Source of the DNA: Phoronis australis
Lineage: Eukaryota; Animalia; Phoronida
Length of the DNA stretch: 64,000 bases
Direction of reading: 5' to 3'
NCBI GenBank assembly: GCA_002633005.1
Contig: NMRA01000152.1
Location: forward strand, 124,001-188,000
Positions 1-11,700 of this stretch are shown piece by piece. Made by a program: the position numbers and the translations under genes. Below the pieces are notes generated by a model, which saw only the letters and a list, made by a program, of their open reading frames with translations, did no database searches and was not told the origin of the DNA. How positions within the stretch are numbered: the stretch's first letter is position 1; every line of letters starts with the position of its first letter.

Positions 1-375
1 GAATTGGTAAACACCATTACATTTTTCCACTGATCATAGTCTTTCACGACGGATTGTTTTTCATGACAAGGTGACGTGACTTTATATTCTAATAATAAAT
101 AACTACATTCAATCTATCACCAGGTTTGACTACCTTAACATAATCCCTTACAATCTTCTTACACATGTCACTCAGATAATTATTTGACATACAGTTCTTA
201 TAATACACGTTCTTAGTGGTACTAGGTTCAGTGTCAACATAAGAGTCAATCCTAGACATGAAAGACCTAACTTGGTTATCAACAAAAGAATTAGTATAAC
301 CATTATTATAACTAGATCTTGTTTGATGCGTTGAACTCACAACGTTGAATGCTTGCCAATCAGATGACCTCAGTG
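1..375 (-). mobile_element. Degraded Penelope-like retroelement fragment (segment between RT C-terminus and GIY-YIG endonuclease)
   Basis: Minus-strand translation across frameshifts and stops gives SSDWQAFNV...NNGYTNSFVD...VYYKNCMSNNY...RLNVVIYY*NIKSRHLVMKNNP. This resembles the 'W..F..E...LVNNGY...YYKN.M...LVIYY.N.K...LVMKNN' linker of Penelope/Poseidon ORFs. Runs off the window edge. Confidence 0.65.
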
Positions 376-722
376 TGCTAAGTGAATCGGTATCAAGCTT
401 TCAAACAAAAAGTTCAGTCGAGTTTTCAACAAAGTTTGCTACCAAACTATACTGAATATTTATAATGTGAAATGAAATTTGGACATGCTGATAATGCTTA
501 ATTACCTATCCTGAAACCTATTAAACCAGTCAGATCCTAGCTGAAACATTGCTTTTGCTGAATTAATGTAAAAGAAAACATGGCGATGTCAAGACAGATT
601 TGTGTTAAATAGAAAATTAAATTCCAAAATCTTTCTACTTTCAGCAAATATGTGTACCTTTTCTGAGTACAATTCTGTAATTAGTAGATAATTTCACTAA
701 AAGCACATGCTTCAAGGTTATT

Positions 723-816
723 CACCAATCACAATGTTCTACCCATTGTGGTATGCAAGCTTAATGTTCCACCAATCACAATGCTCTACCCATTGTGGTA
801 TGCAAGCTTAATGTTC
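723..816. repeat. 47-bp direct tandem duplication (2 copies)
   Basis: caccaatcacaatg(t/c)tctacccattgtggtatgcaagcttaatgttc occurs at 723-769 and 770-816 with one mismatch. Confidence 0.95.
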
Positions 817-1480
817 CCCCAAAATAGCAACAGTTGTGAATGACCTCTTGATCAGAGGAAGAAGTATCCTGCTACTCAGTTATCTTCTGGCGGAGCTGGA
901 CAATAGGTCATACAGTGTGCATTAGATTCCGAATAATAGAGGGGCAATAAACAAGGAGCAATAAAGTGTTCACTACAGTTTGCTGCGATATTGGACTGTC
1001 CAGACTGAAAATATCGGTTTAGAAATGCAGGTTTAAGATTTTAAAAACTTCACTGCAGAGCAATGTCTCCACAGTGATATTTTACTCTATAACAACAATT
1101 TGATTGGGGGTGATAAAACCGCTGTTGTACATGGACACCCCGAGAAACTGTTAAACCCATTTTGGACACTATTTTTGAGGCCCTGGATGAGCCCAAGTGT
1201 AGAATAAAAATAAAATTTGCTGTATAAGTCTACGAGTAGCTCTGCATGTAGAACATGCACTTTTGGTCATTTCCACTGACTATACATGCATATAACACTA
1301 CAGTACATTTAAAGAAGAATGACACCCAATTTAAGTAGTTCTTTTTACCATCTTAATTAGTCTACATCCACATCACCTCGTATACGGTCGATCTTACCTT
1401 GGCACGAGGTGTCGCGTCAACCTGTGAGGAAGGTGAGAAACGACGCAGCGACATCAGTGGTTCTTCTGCAGAGTGCCACT

Positions 1481-1780
1481 ATGGTGTGGTGTATCGTTCC
1501 CGCTTATGTGAACTATGAAGCTGCGAGGAAAGCGGGTATATCGTTTTTTCGATTTCCTCGAGAGCCCATAATGCTTCAGGAGTGGCTTGTGGTAGTGAAG
1601 ACTTAAAAGTACGCCATTAATACCGAGTATGAGGCCTTGAAACTTTTCCGTGTCTGTGGCCGGCATTTTGTCGACAGTGATTTCACTGACGAATACCGAG
1701 TTACTAAACAGCTCATGCTGGCCAGGGGCAGCGAAAAAGAGACTAAGGCAGAAGTCAGATGTTATGCCTATTGTGTTTGC
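1481..1780 (+). pseudogene. THAP zinc-finger domain remnant (transposase N-terminus)
   Basis: MVWCIVPAY...GISFFRFP...LQEW..VKT*...FRVCGRHFVDSDF...(frameshift)KKRLRQKSDVMPIVF matches the THAP signature C-x-V-P..F-x-F-P..W..C-x2-HF..AVPTIF. In-frame stop at 1604-1606, second Cys lost, frameshift near 1735. Confidence 0.8.
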
Positions 1781-1977
1781 GTTCGGCAGGCAGGAGGCAA
1801 AGAAACGTGGATCGATTATTGATCAGTTTTTGATCATGGAGGATTGTAGTGGGCCATGAAAACATAAACAAATACAATTAATTCAAGGCATGAGAACATG
1901 ACATTTTATATAACTTGTTTGATGACTGACTCGTTGGTCAGGCTTCTGTTTGGTCCTCTGGATGTAAAATGTTTTCG

Positions 1978-2301
1978 CTAGTTCTTTTTTCTCAGCCCTA
2001 AAAACGGTGCAAAATCAAGATGGTTTCTGAGACACATCTGCACTTCTCCAAGAAGGCGTTTCACTTCCAGAATTTCGTGGAAGCAAATGCAAGCATCAGT
2101 CATTTCCATTACTGTGCAGTTAGCGCAATGATTCAAACGGTTTTCGAAACTATCCATATGTTCCGTTGTCTGTGCACATTCCAGGCGCCTTTCTGGATCA
2201 GTGTATTCCGGTTCGAACTGATAGCCTGTGAAACCTAAAGATGGACCTGTGAAGTCTTCGTTGGATGAGCACTTGTCTAAGTCGCCATTGCGAGTTGCCA
2301 T
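1978..2301 (-). pseudogene. Truncated KolX / P2X7 C-terminal ballast-like Cys-rich protein
   Basis: ATG-initiated ORF with YQFEPEY, C-x2-C-x2-M-x5-C-I-C-F-H-E and C-x3-H-x2-F, the pattern of invertebrate 'P2X purinoceptor 7-like'/nanor zinc-coordinating domains. Truncated where the element appears deleted. Confidence 0.65.
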
Positions 2302-5300
2302 GTTGACGTTTATTATTGTGCGTTATATTTCAAAATGACTCGAATTATTTCCACCCTAACCAATGCATAAATAAAAACGAAACAAAGTCTGTCGCATTAA
2401 ATACAATTTGTAATGCCTTTGGAGTGTTCCCGAATGCAAATGTTTTGAGAAGCCAGCAATGAATAAATCACCGCGTTACCCAGGGTCAGATGCAATAAAC
2501 AAATAGACCAGGCACCGAGGCCGTGTGAGCGCATGCTAATTCAGTGCTTTTGGTGACAGCAGCTGTAGTGAAACAATAACTCGATTTTATATCCTATGGT
2601 CAGGTGTTAGGGGAATCTTTATTTAGATATCCACATATTCGAATCATTGTTACTATACAACTTTTGCCCTGACTGTTCTGTGGAATGTTAACCTGACTTC
2701 GTGTGTGTTTAGAACTAAAAACTAGTCTAAAATTACAACACAAAGCTATGTTCTTCTCTCTGTATTTCATGTCCGAATAATCCAAATTTATCACCGAACA
2801 GACCCCAAACTCACGCGGCCGACCTTGGTAATTGACCAGTACTGAACTTGGTACCTACGGTACATTCAAATACCTATAAATCTGAAACAGCGGAATAAAA
2901 CAACACGTTTCTCAATAACTCGATGTATTTGTAAGGGTTTTACTACAAAATTTGATGATTTATTGGTGTAAAACGATGAATTCAAGTGTTTAGCTGACAC
3001 CAGTAAGCGTGTTGTGAACTGGTGAACAGACTGCGTTCGAACCTCTGACGTCATTGGTTAATTTCGACACCTCCGTCTGCTGTTAGGTGTCAGGTAAAAG
3101 AACTGTACTTGATGTTTTCGAGTGAAATTATTCGATCTAAATTGCTGGAAAATAGGTTGTTTTTTGGGTGGAATTCTCCTTTAAATCAGCTAGGTTCTGA
3201 TGCTTTTCCTAGCACAGCACCTGAGTAACCCCGCGAAATTGTGTACACAACATCTGTCATCAGTAACAGCCAAACTCAGTGATGCACCCTTGATACAAGG
3301 ACCATAATTGACACCGGTCGGATAGGATACATGGGTTTCGCTCTGTGAGCTTGCCATGGCATAAATCTTACTAATTCCAAGCGTTGTTTGCAAGTGTCAC
3401 ACGGCAAGTCATGCGCTTCACTCAACCAGAGTCTTGCGCTTGTCCTTGCATACAGTGTCCAACTCGCATGACGTCAATTGGAAAAACTTGAATGAGCATG
3501 GTTATTGCAACTGCTGAAAAAGTTAACACCTGATGTGGAGTTGGAATTCTTTGCCAAGTGCTTTTTAAGTGACACCAGCCCACCAAAGGCAGAGCACAGC
3601 CCATGTCGTGGGCGGCACAGCTCTGAAAGTGGGGGGGCTACAGCTCCCAGCCCAATATGGTGTGCCACCCATGTATAGCCATGGCGCTGACGACTGAAGA
3701 CGAAATGCAGTGCAATTTATTTTTTTTTATCAACGGGAACTTGATTATTTGCAACTTTCCAACTTCGTTTGTAAACTCAAGATTCCAAGTTCACACATAC
3801 GCGATCTTGAGATCAATCAGTATTCCAATTTCAAGCAAACCACAACCGTTGACATACTGTGCCACTGCTCAACACTTCAACACACGTTAAAGACCGTAAC
3901 GCCGGCGTATAATAAGCGTTAACAGGTTAACGACGACTCGTCTTCTTATCGGTCCAGGCATATCAGAACAGACAGCGACAATGGCTCTTATCAGAGCTTA
4001 TTGGGCAACATGACGGTCGGGAAGCACTTTTTCTCGTTAACTACTTAACATGCACAAGACGTATTCATTAAAAACTTACTTGTTTTTTCGAGCTCTCTTT
4101 GAAGTTTCTGCTCAACTCTGTTGCGGCAACAAAAAATCCGCCATTTTTTCTAAACAACAGACGAGATTTGAGGAGAGTGTGTGTAGCGCCATCTATAGAA
4201 CAAAATATTATCGTACTTATGAACAGCAGACCGTAGAGAGGCGTTAGCGTCTTTGTGAACAGTAACATTTTTATGCAATGTGAAATAATAAAAACTATTT
4301 TTGAAATAATTAGTAGGATAATCTAACAGTGGCTACATTTAAAACAGCTTAGACACCGTGAAAAGAATAAGGTACAATTTCGTATTCAGACTAACTTTTA
4401 AGTTCCCGAACGTCCACACGCCCAATGCGCCCAACCGGTAACAATTTAAGTAACAGGGACTGTAGGCTAAACCACATAGACTGAGCCCAAGGACTTCCTT
4501 TGTTTGAGGATTAAGGATGACAAAGATGGATGTCAGAGAATAATGACCGCTGTATGTTCGTGGCAACGTTCTTCCCTGCCCATTTTAGACACCGCGCACA
4601 ATAAAAGCTTCTTTGTTCAAGATATCTAAAAAAACAGCTGGTATCGGTGAGCTGCGTTTCCTTTGATAAAATCTCCAATTCAATGTTTAGAGTCTCTTAA
4701 TGACGAAAATGTAAGTTATGCCACTTGCCCTGCTTATGCTAACACAGGCTCACCTCTAGTTTGCGGGAAACATTTTTCATAATCTAAAAAAGTCTGTCAG
4801 TGGTTTCATGATCCCATTAATACCCTTGTCTAATTGGACCTTTTCTGGTCAGGGAGTGACCTCTAAATATTTGCCAATAATCGATTGGTTAATGTTTTTT
4901 ATTGATTTTCACACCACTCACTCTGGCAAAAATGAGTCGCCAATATTATCCAAGTCTTCTACCGCGTTCACAACTCCCCTAACCTTCAATGGAGTACATA
5001 ACTTTAATTTTATGAACTCTGCAATGTTGCAGCTGCTGTTTATACATTCATTAGAGCGGCGTCATTCCGTCAAAAAGCGAACTTATGCTTTAAATCGTGT
5101 ACCGTAGTAAAATAGGTATCAACATTTTCCTCAGACGAGAAGCGGATTTCTGGATTCGTAATTCGTTTGAGACCACGCTCGATGCCTAAGTAAATTGGCA
5201 AGCTATATTTCGTTGACTCCTGCAAATGAGTGGCGGTGACGAAAATCTTATGTATCTTGTAAAGTGTATTGTATTACAAGCCATTACACGCGGTCAAATA

Positions 5301-5584
5301 TCTTCATAAAAGATGAAATTTTAATTCAGTCATTGGAGCTTGGCCATTTTGTAGGCGAGGGTAACCACCAGTTTCTGTACTGTTTAAAATTTCTTCTTGG
5401 CTTTTGAAAAAAATCGATGTCGTGTTGAAAAAGTATTCAAATAAGTCGTCTAACATGTTTGAGTTTGTGTTCTTTATGAAGACTACAGGACCCTTATATC
5501 TCATTCCTTGTACATCTTTATTCATCATTTGGTGATAAACGAGTCTAATATCTGGAGCGACCTTGTTTCACAATGACGTAAAGT

Positions 5585-5896
5585 GCGTGCGTAAATTAAA
5601 TTCTTGTTACTGGTTGAATTAATTATTAACGGCGTGAATTTCACGCCGTTAATAATTAATTCAAGCCGTAAAGAAAAGTTAATTTGTGCCACAATTTACT
5701 TATTTACGACGTTAAAAGTTGATTTACGTAGCAAATAATTAATTTACGACGTTGATAAAAGTTAATTCACGCCGAAAATAATAAATTTAAGCCGTTAAAA
5801 GTTAACTTACGCTGCAAAATAATTAATGTACGCCGCATATGATTAATTTACGCTGTTATTAATTTACGCCACTTACAAGAATTAATGTACGCACGT
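5585..5896. repeat. Foldback/MITE-like element with a perfect internal palindrome and degenerate ~22-bp tandem repeats
   Basis: Inverted ends cgtgcgtaaattaaattcttgt ... acaagaattaatgtacgcacg. Perfect 25-bp arms at 5614-5638 and 5640-5664. Repeated aattaatttacgccg-like units. Confidence 0.75.
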
Positions 5897-7769
5897 AGTC
5901 TGCGTGCGTAACGTTAACCCATTTGGCCAACGACGAACCGAGGGCATTCTAGCATGATACACATCAAAATTAAGAACCATGATTGACAACCAACAAACTC
6001 ATCGTAGGTACGGCGGCTCAATCTACATAAGTTTGTGGGGTTATTTGTTTTTACGACAGAGGAGGGCGCTCTTCACAGACCATTACATTATGTGCGAAAG
6101 ACACAGTGCAAAGAGAAACTTATGTGACACCACCGATTTGAACTCAGGGAGATGTGACTCACAGACTACAAACACGCACGATTAAACTGTAAACAATTTA
6201 CTTGGTCCAAGATTAAAACCATGCACTTCTCAAAAGAAGAATCTAAATGAGTGGCAGTGAAATCAAGGCTAAACAATCGTACGATTTTATTATCTACAAT
6301 GATTAAGTTTATACCAGCTGTACAAAAACGTCGGGCACTCGAGACTTCAGTGTTCCTGGAAAATTTAACAATAACACAAGTACACCATATAAGGGACCGT
6401 TTTTATCAAAAAATGTACACCCAGTTGTAGCCAAGATGGTGTGGTTTAGTGACTGCAAACGCATCCTGTGTATTTGCTCTCAAAGAAACATCGCAACTGC
6501 CGCCAATTCTATCGGAGACCCTCTACACTAAGAGCATCGTCACACAAACCAAACTATACGATCTCGGTCGGTAAAACTGTACGATAAGGGGCCGTCTTAG
6601 CTATGACTAGGCGTACGCCTTTTGATTGAACTGGGGTCCAAATGAACAAATATTAATCTGTCAATGTAAATGAACTAACACATGAAGGGTCACGGTTCTT
6701 CAAATATTTTCCAAACTCCGATTGTCAACCAAAAAAAGCACGACGTGCACGAGTGAGGCCCGTTATACCTTATACCTTTTTGAAGATCGTTTTTCGAAAA
6801 CTGTGTCTATTTTGCCAGTCGACTTTTGCTATTTTACCGACAAACAACGAGTGACGGATTTTTACCACTGTTCAACAAAGGAAAAATTCAGATTTTCTAG
6901 TGAGTAAGCAGCCTCACATGACCTGGATAGCGGTTAACTGGGATTCCTTAAAAGAGAACAGAATATCTTAACAGAATGAATTGTGTAAACTCTTAAGTTT
7001 GAAGAAGCCACAGCGACTTCAGAATATAAACAATGGGGCACATAGAAAGTTTGCCTGACCATAAAGAATATAAAAACATGCTTCACTGCATGGACCCACA
7101 TTCAAGGTAAATATTTAGAGAACTGCGACCGTTTGTAACAAATGTGTTTTAATATGATTAAAATCATATACATTAAAATAAATGATTAAGATATAGTGTT
7201 ATTAAATGCAAAATGTTACCATGGCAACTGATTTTTTCTATTTGGAATTTTTTAGATCATCTCAGCAGAACCAGTTATGTCCTGACCAAATGCCAGCAAT
7301 ACGGTCATTTGGCTTTTGTCTTATTCTGCACACTACAGTTTATCCCAGATGAATGTACTTTCATTGATTTTAAATTCCACGAAATTTTAATGCAAAGGTT
7401 CTGAGTCAATGAGCACTTCAACTTTCCAGTCACGTACTCACATTGTAAGTAGGAAGCCAGCATCAACAAAACTGATGGAAGACATTGGAAAACAAAATTG
7501 GTTACAGATAATTGTGTAACACTCAACTGAGTCAATAATGAACATTAAAGTTACAGAACTTCTGAATCAATATTTTGATGACGGAGACATTTTGAATCCC
7601 ACTGCCAAGTGAAGTTACTACAATGGTTGCCATAGTAACATTTCATATACTATATCACACTCAAGGCAGTAATTACCATGGTAACTATAACACGAAAGCA
7701 TGACCAGTAATCACACAAAAAATAAAGTAAAAATAAAGTAGAATGACATGAGACAGATAGACGTCATAT

Positions 7770-7775
7770 TTTATT
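7770..7775 (-). terminator. Candidate polyadenylation signal for WDFY (AATAAA)
   Basis: tttatt on the plus strand about 950 nt beyond the WDFY stop codon; other candidate sites exist. Confidence 0.35.
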
Positions 7776-8726
7776 TGAACAAATTCTCAGAATGTTTTTC
7801 CTCCCAGTTATCAAACACTGTACATGTGAAAAATGTGCTCGGTCAATGACTCACAATTCAAGTAACCTTTGCCAGCACCATCTTAATCAAAAAGTTTTTA
7901 ATAATTTATGTGTCTAAAGACTACAACAGGTGTGGACCGACATGACAACACAATCCATTGAATAAAGTTGGTCAATATTGCCTTTTTATGGCACTAAGTA
8001 CTTCGTTAAGACTTGTACAAGAACTACATGAACACCATCAGCCCAGTGTCAGGAACACTGATCTAAGTTCTTTTTGTGTGATGCAGCACAACTGCTGCAT
8101 AAGCGTTGCCTTCACGCCAATAATACACTTTGAAGCAGGGTGCATAATTGGCATGCGAGTCCTGATGCTGCCGTACAAAAGACTGCAAGAAAGCTGCATT
8201 TGGAAACCGCTCTCATGTGGAGTTGATACTAAACAAGAGGGCAATAGTCAACTACACGGGTATTGCGTTTTGATAACCAGTTTTCTCCACTGAATAACTG
8301 GCATCAAACTGGTTCTAAAAATCTGCGACCCATTAAGTGACTATTGCCAATGAGAGATATTTGCAATTGTTTGACTTGACCTCACTGCATACCCTCACTG
8401 ATCCATAAATATAAAGCAATGCAGTCCACACTTGGCGGGCTGTAATTGCAGCTCCATAAACAGCCCTGTGATGAGACCATCATGTAATCAAACACAACAG
8501 CCTGGTTAGAATCATCATCTACAAAACACGATTCTCATTGTTGTATCATTTAATATGCTAAATCATCACAATGCCCGCATAAAAAGAACATCTTCTCGAA
8601 ACCACACTGTCCGATGTCAAACAACACGGCCATCTGTACGCAGACCAGTCTGTTCATTTGGCTGCACACCTTCCATGTTGACAGGCAGTGCATAGTCATT
8701 AGCTTCAGCAGTCAGATGAAACATTT

Positions 8727-11700
8727 TCAATGCAGAACACTCCCCACGTCCCATACCTAAAAGAGAATACGCATACGTTAACAGGTCACAAAGCATGTGT
8801 ACTTACCCCAGCATACCAGAGATAATGTACCATTAACTTCATCTAGTGCTGGAACAGGGAACCAGAATATTCTCTAAACCAACCAATCAAATTTCCCGCT
8901 CCTCATTTAAATGATAACAACTACCATTTGCGCTGGGGTAACAAGCAGAACCTCAAAACCAATCTACTACGATGCATAAGAACATTAAAATAAATTTTGT
9001 TTTGACAGTTTCGACTGAAGAATACAATTACAAGCCTCAAGACTTTCACGAAAACCAACCATTCGTAAAAATTTGTTAATTTTTCTGAATTAAGAGTCAC
9101 ACAATAACATTAAAGAGTAGTATATCAGGGAATACAGAAAATAGTAATCATGGAAATGTTATTTCAAGATATTCTTTACTCTTTCTCTTACCGTGTTTGA
9201 AATATCAAATGAATACTTCTCACAATTCAGAGAGACATTTTCTAAATTTCAGCCCAAAACAATTACTATTGCAGCACCAGTTTCAAAGTTGTGGATGTTT
9301 ACATTAATATGTCAACTTAAAAGAACTAGGTGGTTGACTGGTAAAGATTTAAAAAATTAAATTTCTAATTCTAAATACAAATTCATTAAAAAATTCCACA
9401 ACTCAACGTGACAATGTAAAATAACACTCTTTGCAAAGCTGTTAATTTGGTTCATGTCACAATTCGTTTTCAGAATCTCTGACTTGGAAACCTGTTTGGA
9501 AGAGAAGAGACTAAAATGACTTGTTAAAATCCCAACCTTAATGATGCGATCTCTGCCAGCCGTAAGTAAGCGCTTCCTCGTCTCATCCAGGAACATGCAT
9601 ACAACATTGTGCTTGGTGTCATGAAATGTCGCTAAGGGTGCTCTCCTGAAATAGAACACACGAGCATAACTCACTTCAGTCTGAAGTCCAGTCAGGATCA
9701 TATAATGCAAATGTATTCCTTTCTACTATTACTACTTGATCCTGGTCTGCTAAACTATAAATAGATCCTAGATCCTCACAGGAATCTTGTCTTGAATGAT
9801 AGGATCATATAAAGTACTAGGAGGATTTTGGAATTATTATTATTGCACAGATATCGGGTCCTCAGTAGCTCAGCGGTAAGAGCATTAGACCGGCAATCTA
9901 GAGACCTGTCGTTCGATTCCCAGCTGGGGTTCCCGATTTTACTGCGTTTATTTGATATGTTTCACTATTGGTCAACCTCAGCGTCTATATATTGACTTTT
10001 ATCTTATGACAGCTACGGTAGAGAATTTAAAAATAATGAACTGTATATTTCAGGCTACTTAATCACTTATGAAAAAAATCCAAGAAAACAAAATTTCACC
10101 GAATCTAATGATTACTTACTCCTCATCTGTGATAGAACTCGAACAGTTGTCACAGACACGGACAGGGAACTCATAGCCCATGACAGGGATTGTGGACTGA
10201 TTTTCACTACATTTGGCACATACAGCTTGACCGCACTTCCGACAATGATGCTGCAATGAAACAAAATGCAGAGTTACACCCTTACTTGCTATCTCCTTTG
10301 TCTTTTTCTCAATTCCAGTCTGAAGAAGAGCTTTTTACTGTTCTTCTACTTTATACTTATTTCTTTACCAAAACTATTCAAACAACTTTTATGCAAAATA
10401 AAAAAGTACCCCAATCACAGATTTTATCAAACCAAAGGCCCAGAACACTGGAATTAAGGTTTTTCTGAATTAAAGTCCTTCAGACGACCCACACAACACA
10501 CAATACACAATGCATTAAAGTGCTAGTTTGAATGGCCATTTGTCAGAAAAATATCTTTCGCCTACAGCAGGGCTTGGAATGACCAATGACAAAAACGCGG
10601 AAACTTTTACGGCCCAATACATGCGCGCTACCCATCCTTGAAATAGCCGATGTGAACCTTTCGCAGACAAAAATCGGTAGGACTAAAAAATAAGAAATAA
10701 AAAAAGAACGTTACCACCATCAATAGCATGCGTCTGTGACTTCTTATCTCGTCCACCCACTCCTCCACTCCCACCCCCACACATTTTTGGCTGCAGACCC
10801 ATAGTATTTGTCACCGCGGTTAACAATTACACGAGACGCCATTGAAAATCCCACCACGCCATCCCAGATGCCCCGGCAATGTTGACAATTTACGTTCCTC
10901 CGAAACATAAAGAGCAACTTCCGCTTTTTGAGGTGAACGTCGTCAGCAACGCCGCGGTAAGAAAGGAATTTGCCGCGGAAATTTTATATCAAATCCGATT
11001 TTTTTTACGCGGAAATATAATAAAATGCACGGACAGAACATTTGAAAAAAGCGGAAATCCGCATTTCTGCGGAAAATTCCAAGCCCTGCTACAGACCCCC
11101 CCAACAAGTGAGCCAACACACAAAAAGACAGAGCAGTCATGAAGCCGGATCAGACTAACTGCACACTAAGCTATTTATTAACACGAAGGCACATTATGGT
11201 AAAATCTCACCAATTTTGGACAAAAATAATTGCCAAAATTAACCTTTTTCATTTTTCCAAGGTTTCCATCAATATTAGGGAAGCCCACAATTTTTTAAAA
11301 ATATTGTCTAAAGGTAGGTGTGACATGGAACTTAAAAACATTTATTAGCAGATCGTTATTTTTCCGCAAGGAGTCACCCATTGAAAAATGAGAGAACAAA
11401 ACTTCACCAATCCATCATACTGTGTCCTAAAGTGGTAAGATTTTTTAGATTTCAACTACAGACCCCTCTGACTCATGAAGCAATACTCCTCAAGACAAAA
11501 GTCACTTACAGGGGAGATAATGAGAACCAGAGGTTCTTTATTCAGTGGAGAAAACGTGTTCTCAAAATGCTGTATCCTGTTACTAAAAATTACCCTATGA
11601 AATCACAAGGAGGAAGCCAAGAACAAAGCTTGGAATGACCAATGGCAAAAAAAGGAAAGTTTTCCAGATGATTGAATTGTTCTACGAATAAATAGGCTTA

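Larger units (their letters stand above)
1313..3180 (+). mobile_element. Internally deleted Kolobok-type DNA transposon
   Basis: TTAA at 1309-1312 and 3181-3184. Left terminus AGAAGAATGACACCCAA versus reverse complement of right terminus AGGAGAATTCCACCCAA (14/17 identical). Contains a THAP remnant (+) and a convergent Cys-rich ORF (-). No DDE core is visible. Confidence 0.75.

Noticed and set aside
5660-5880. CRISPR-like spaced repeats
   Set aside because: Units are degenerate and contiguous with no unique spacers, no cas genes are present, and the context is eukaryotic.
8727-8729. WDFY TGA stop as selenocysteine or readthrough
   Set aside because: Falls at the expected C-terminus of the family, lacks the TGA-CTA context, and I recognised no SECIS.
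10879-11142. Recurrent [19 protein letters not shown]... (also 26121-26402 and 31588-31860) looking like a small gene family
   Set aside because: All three lie inside copies of the same MITE, start at non-ATG codons and diverge by frameshift; the similarity is repeat-derived.
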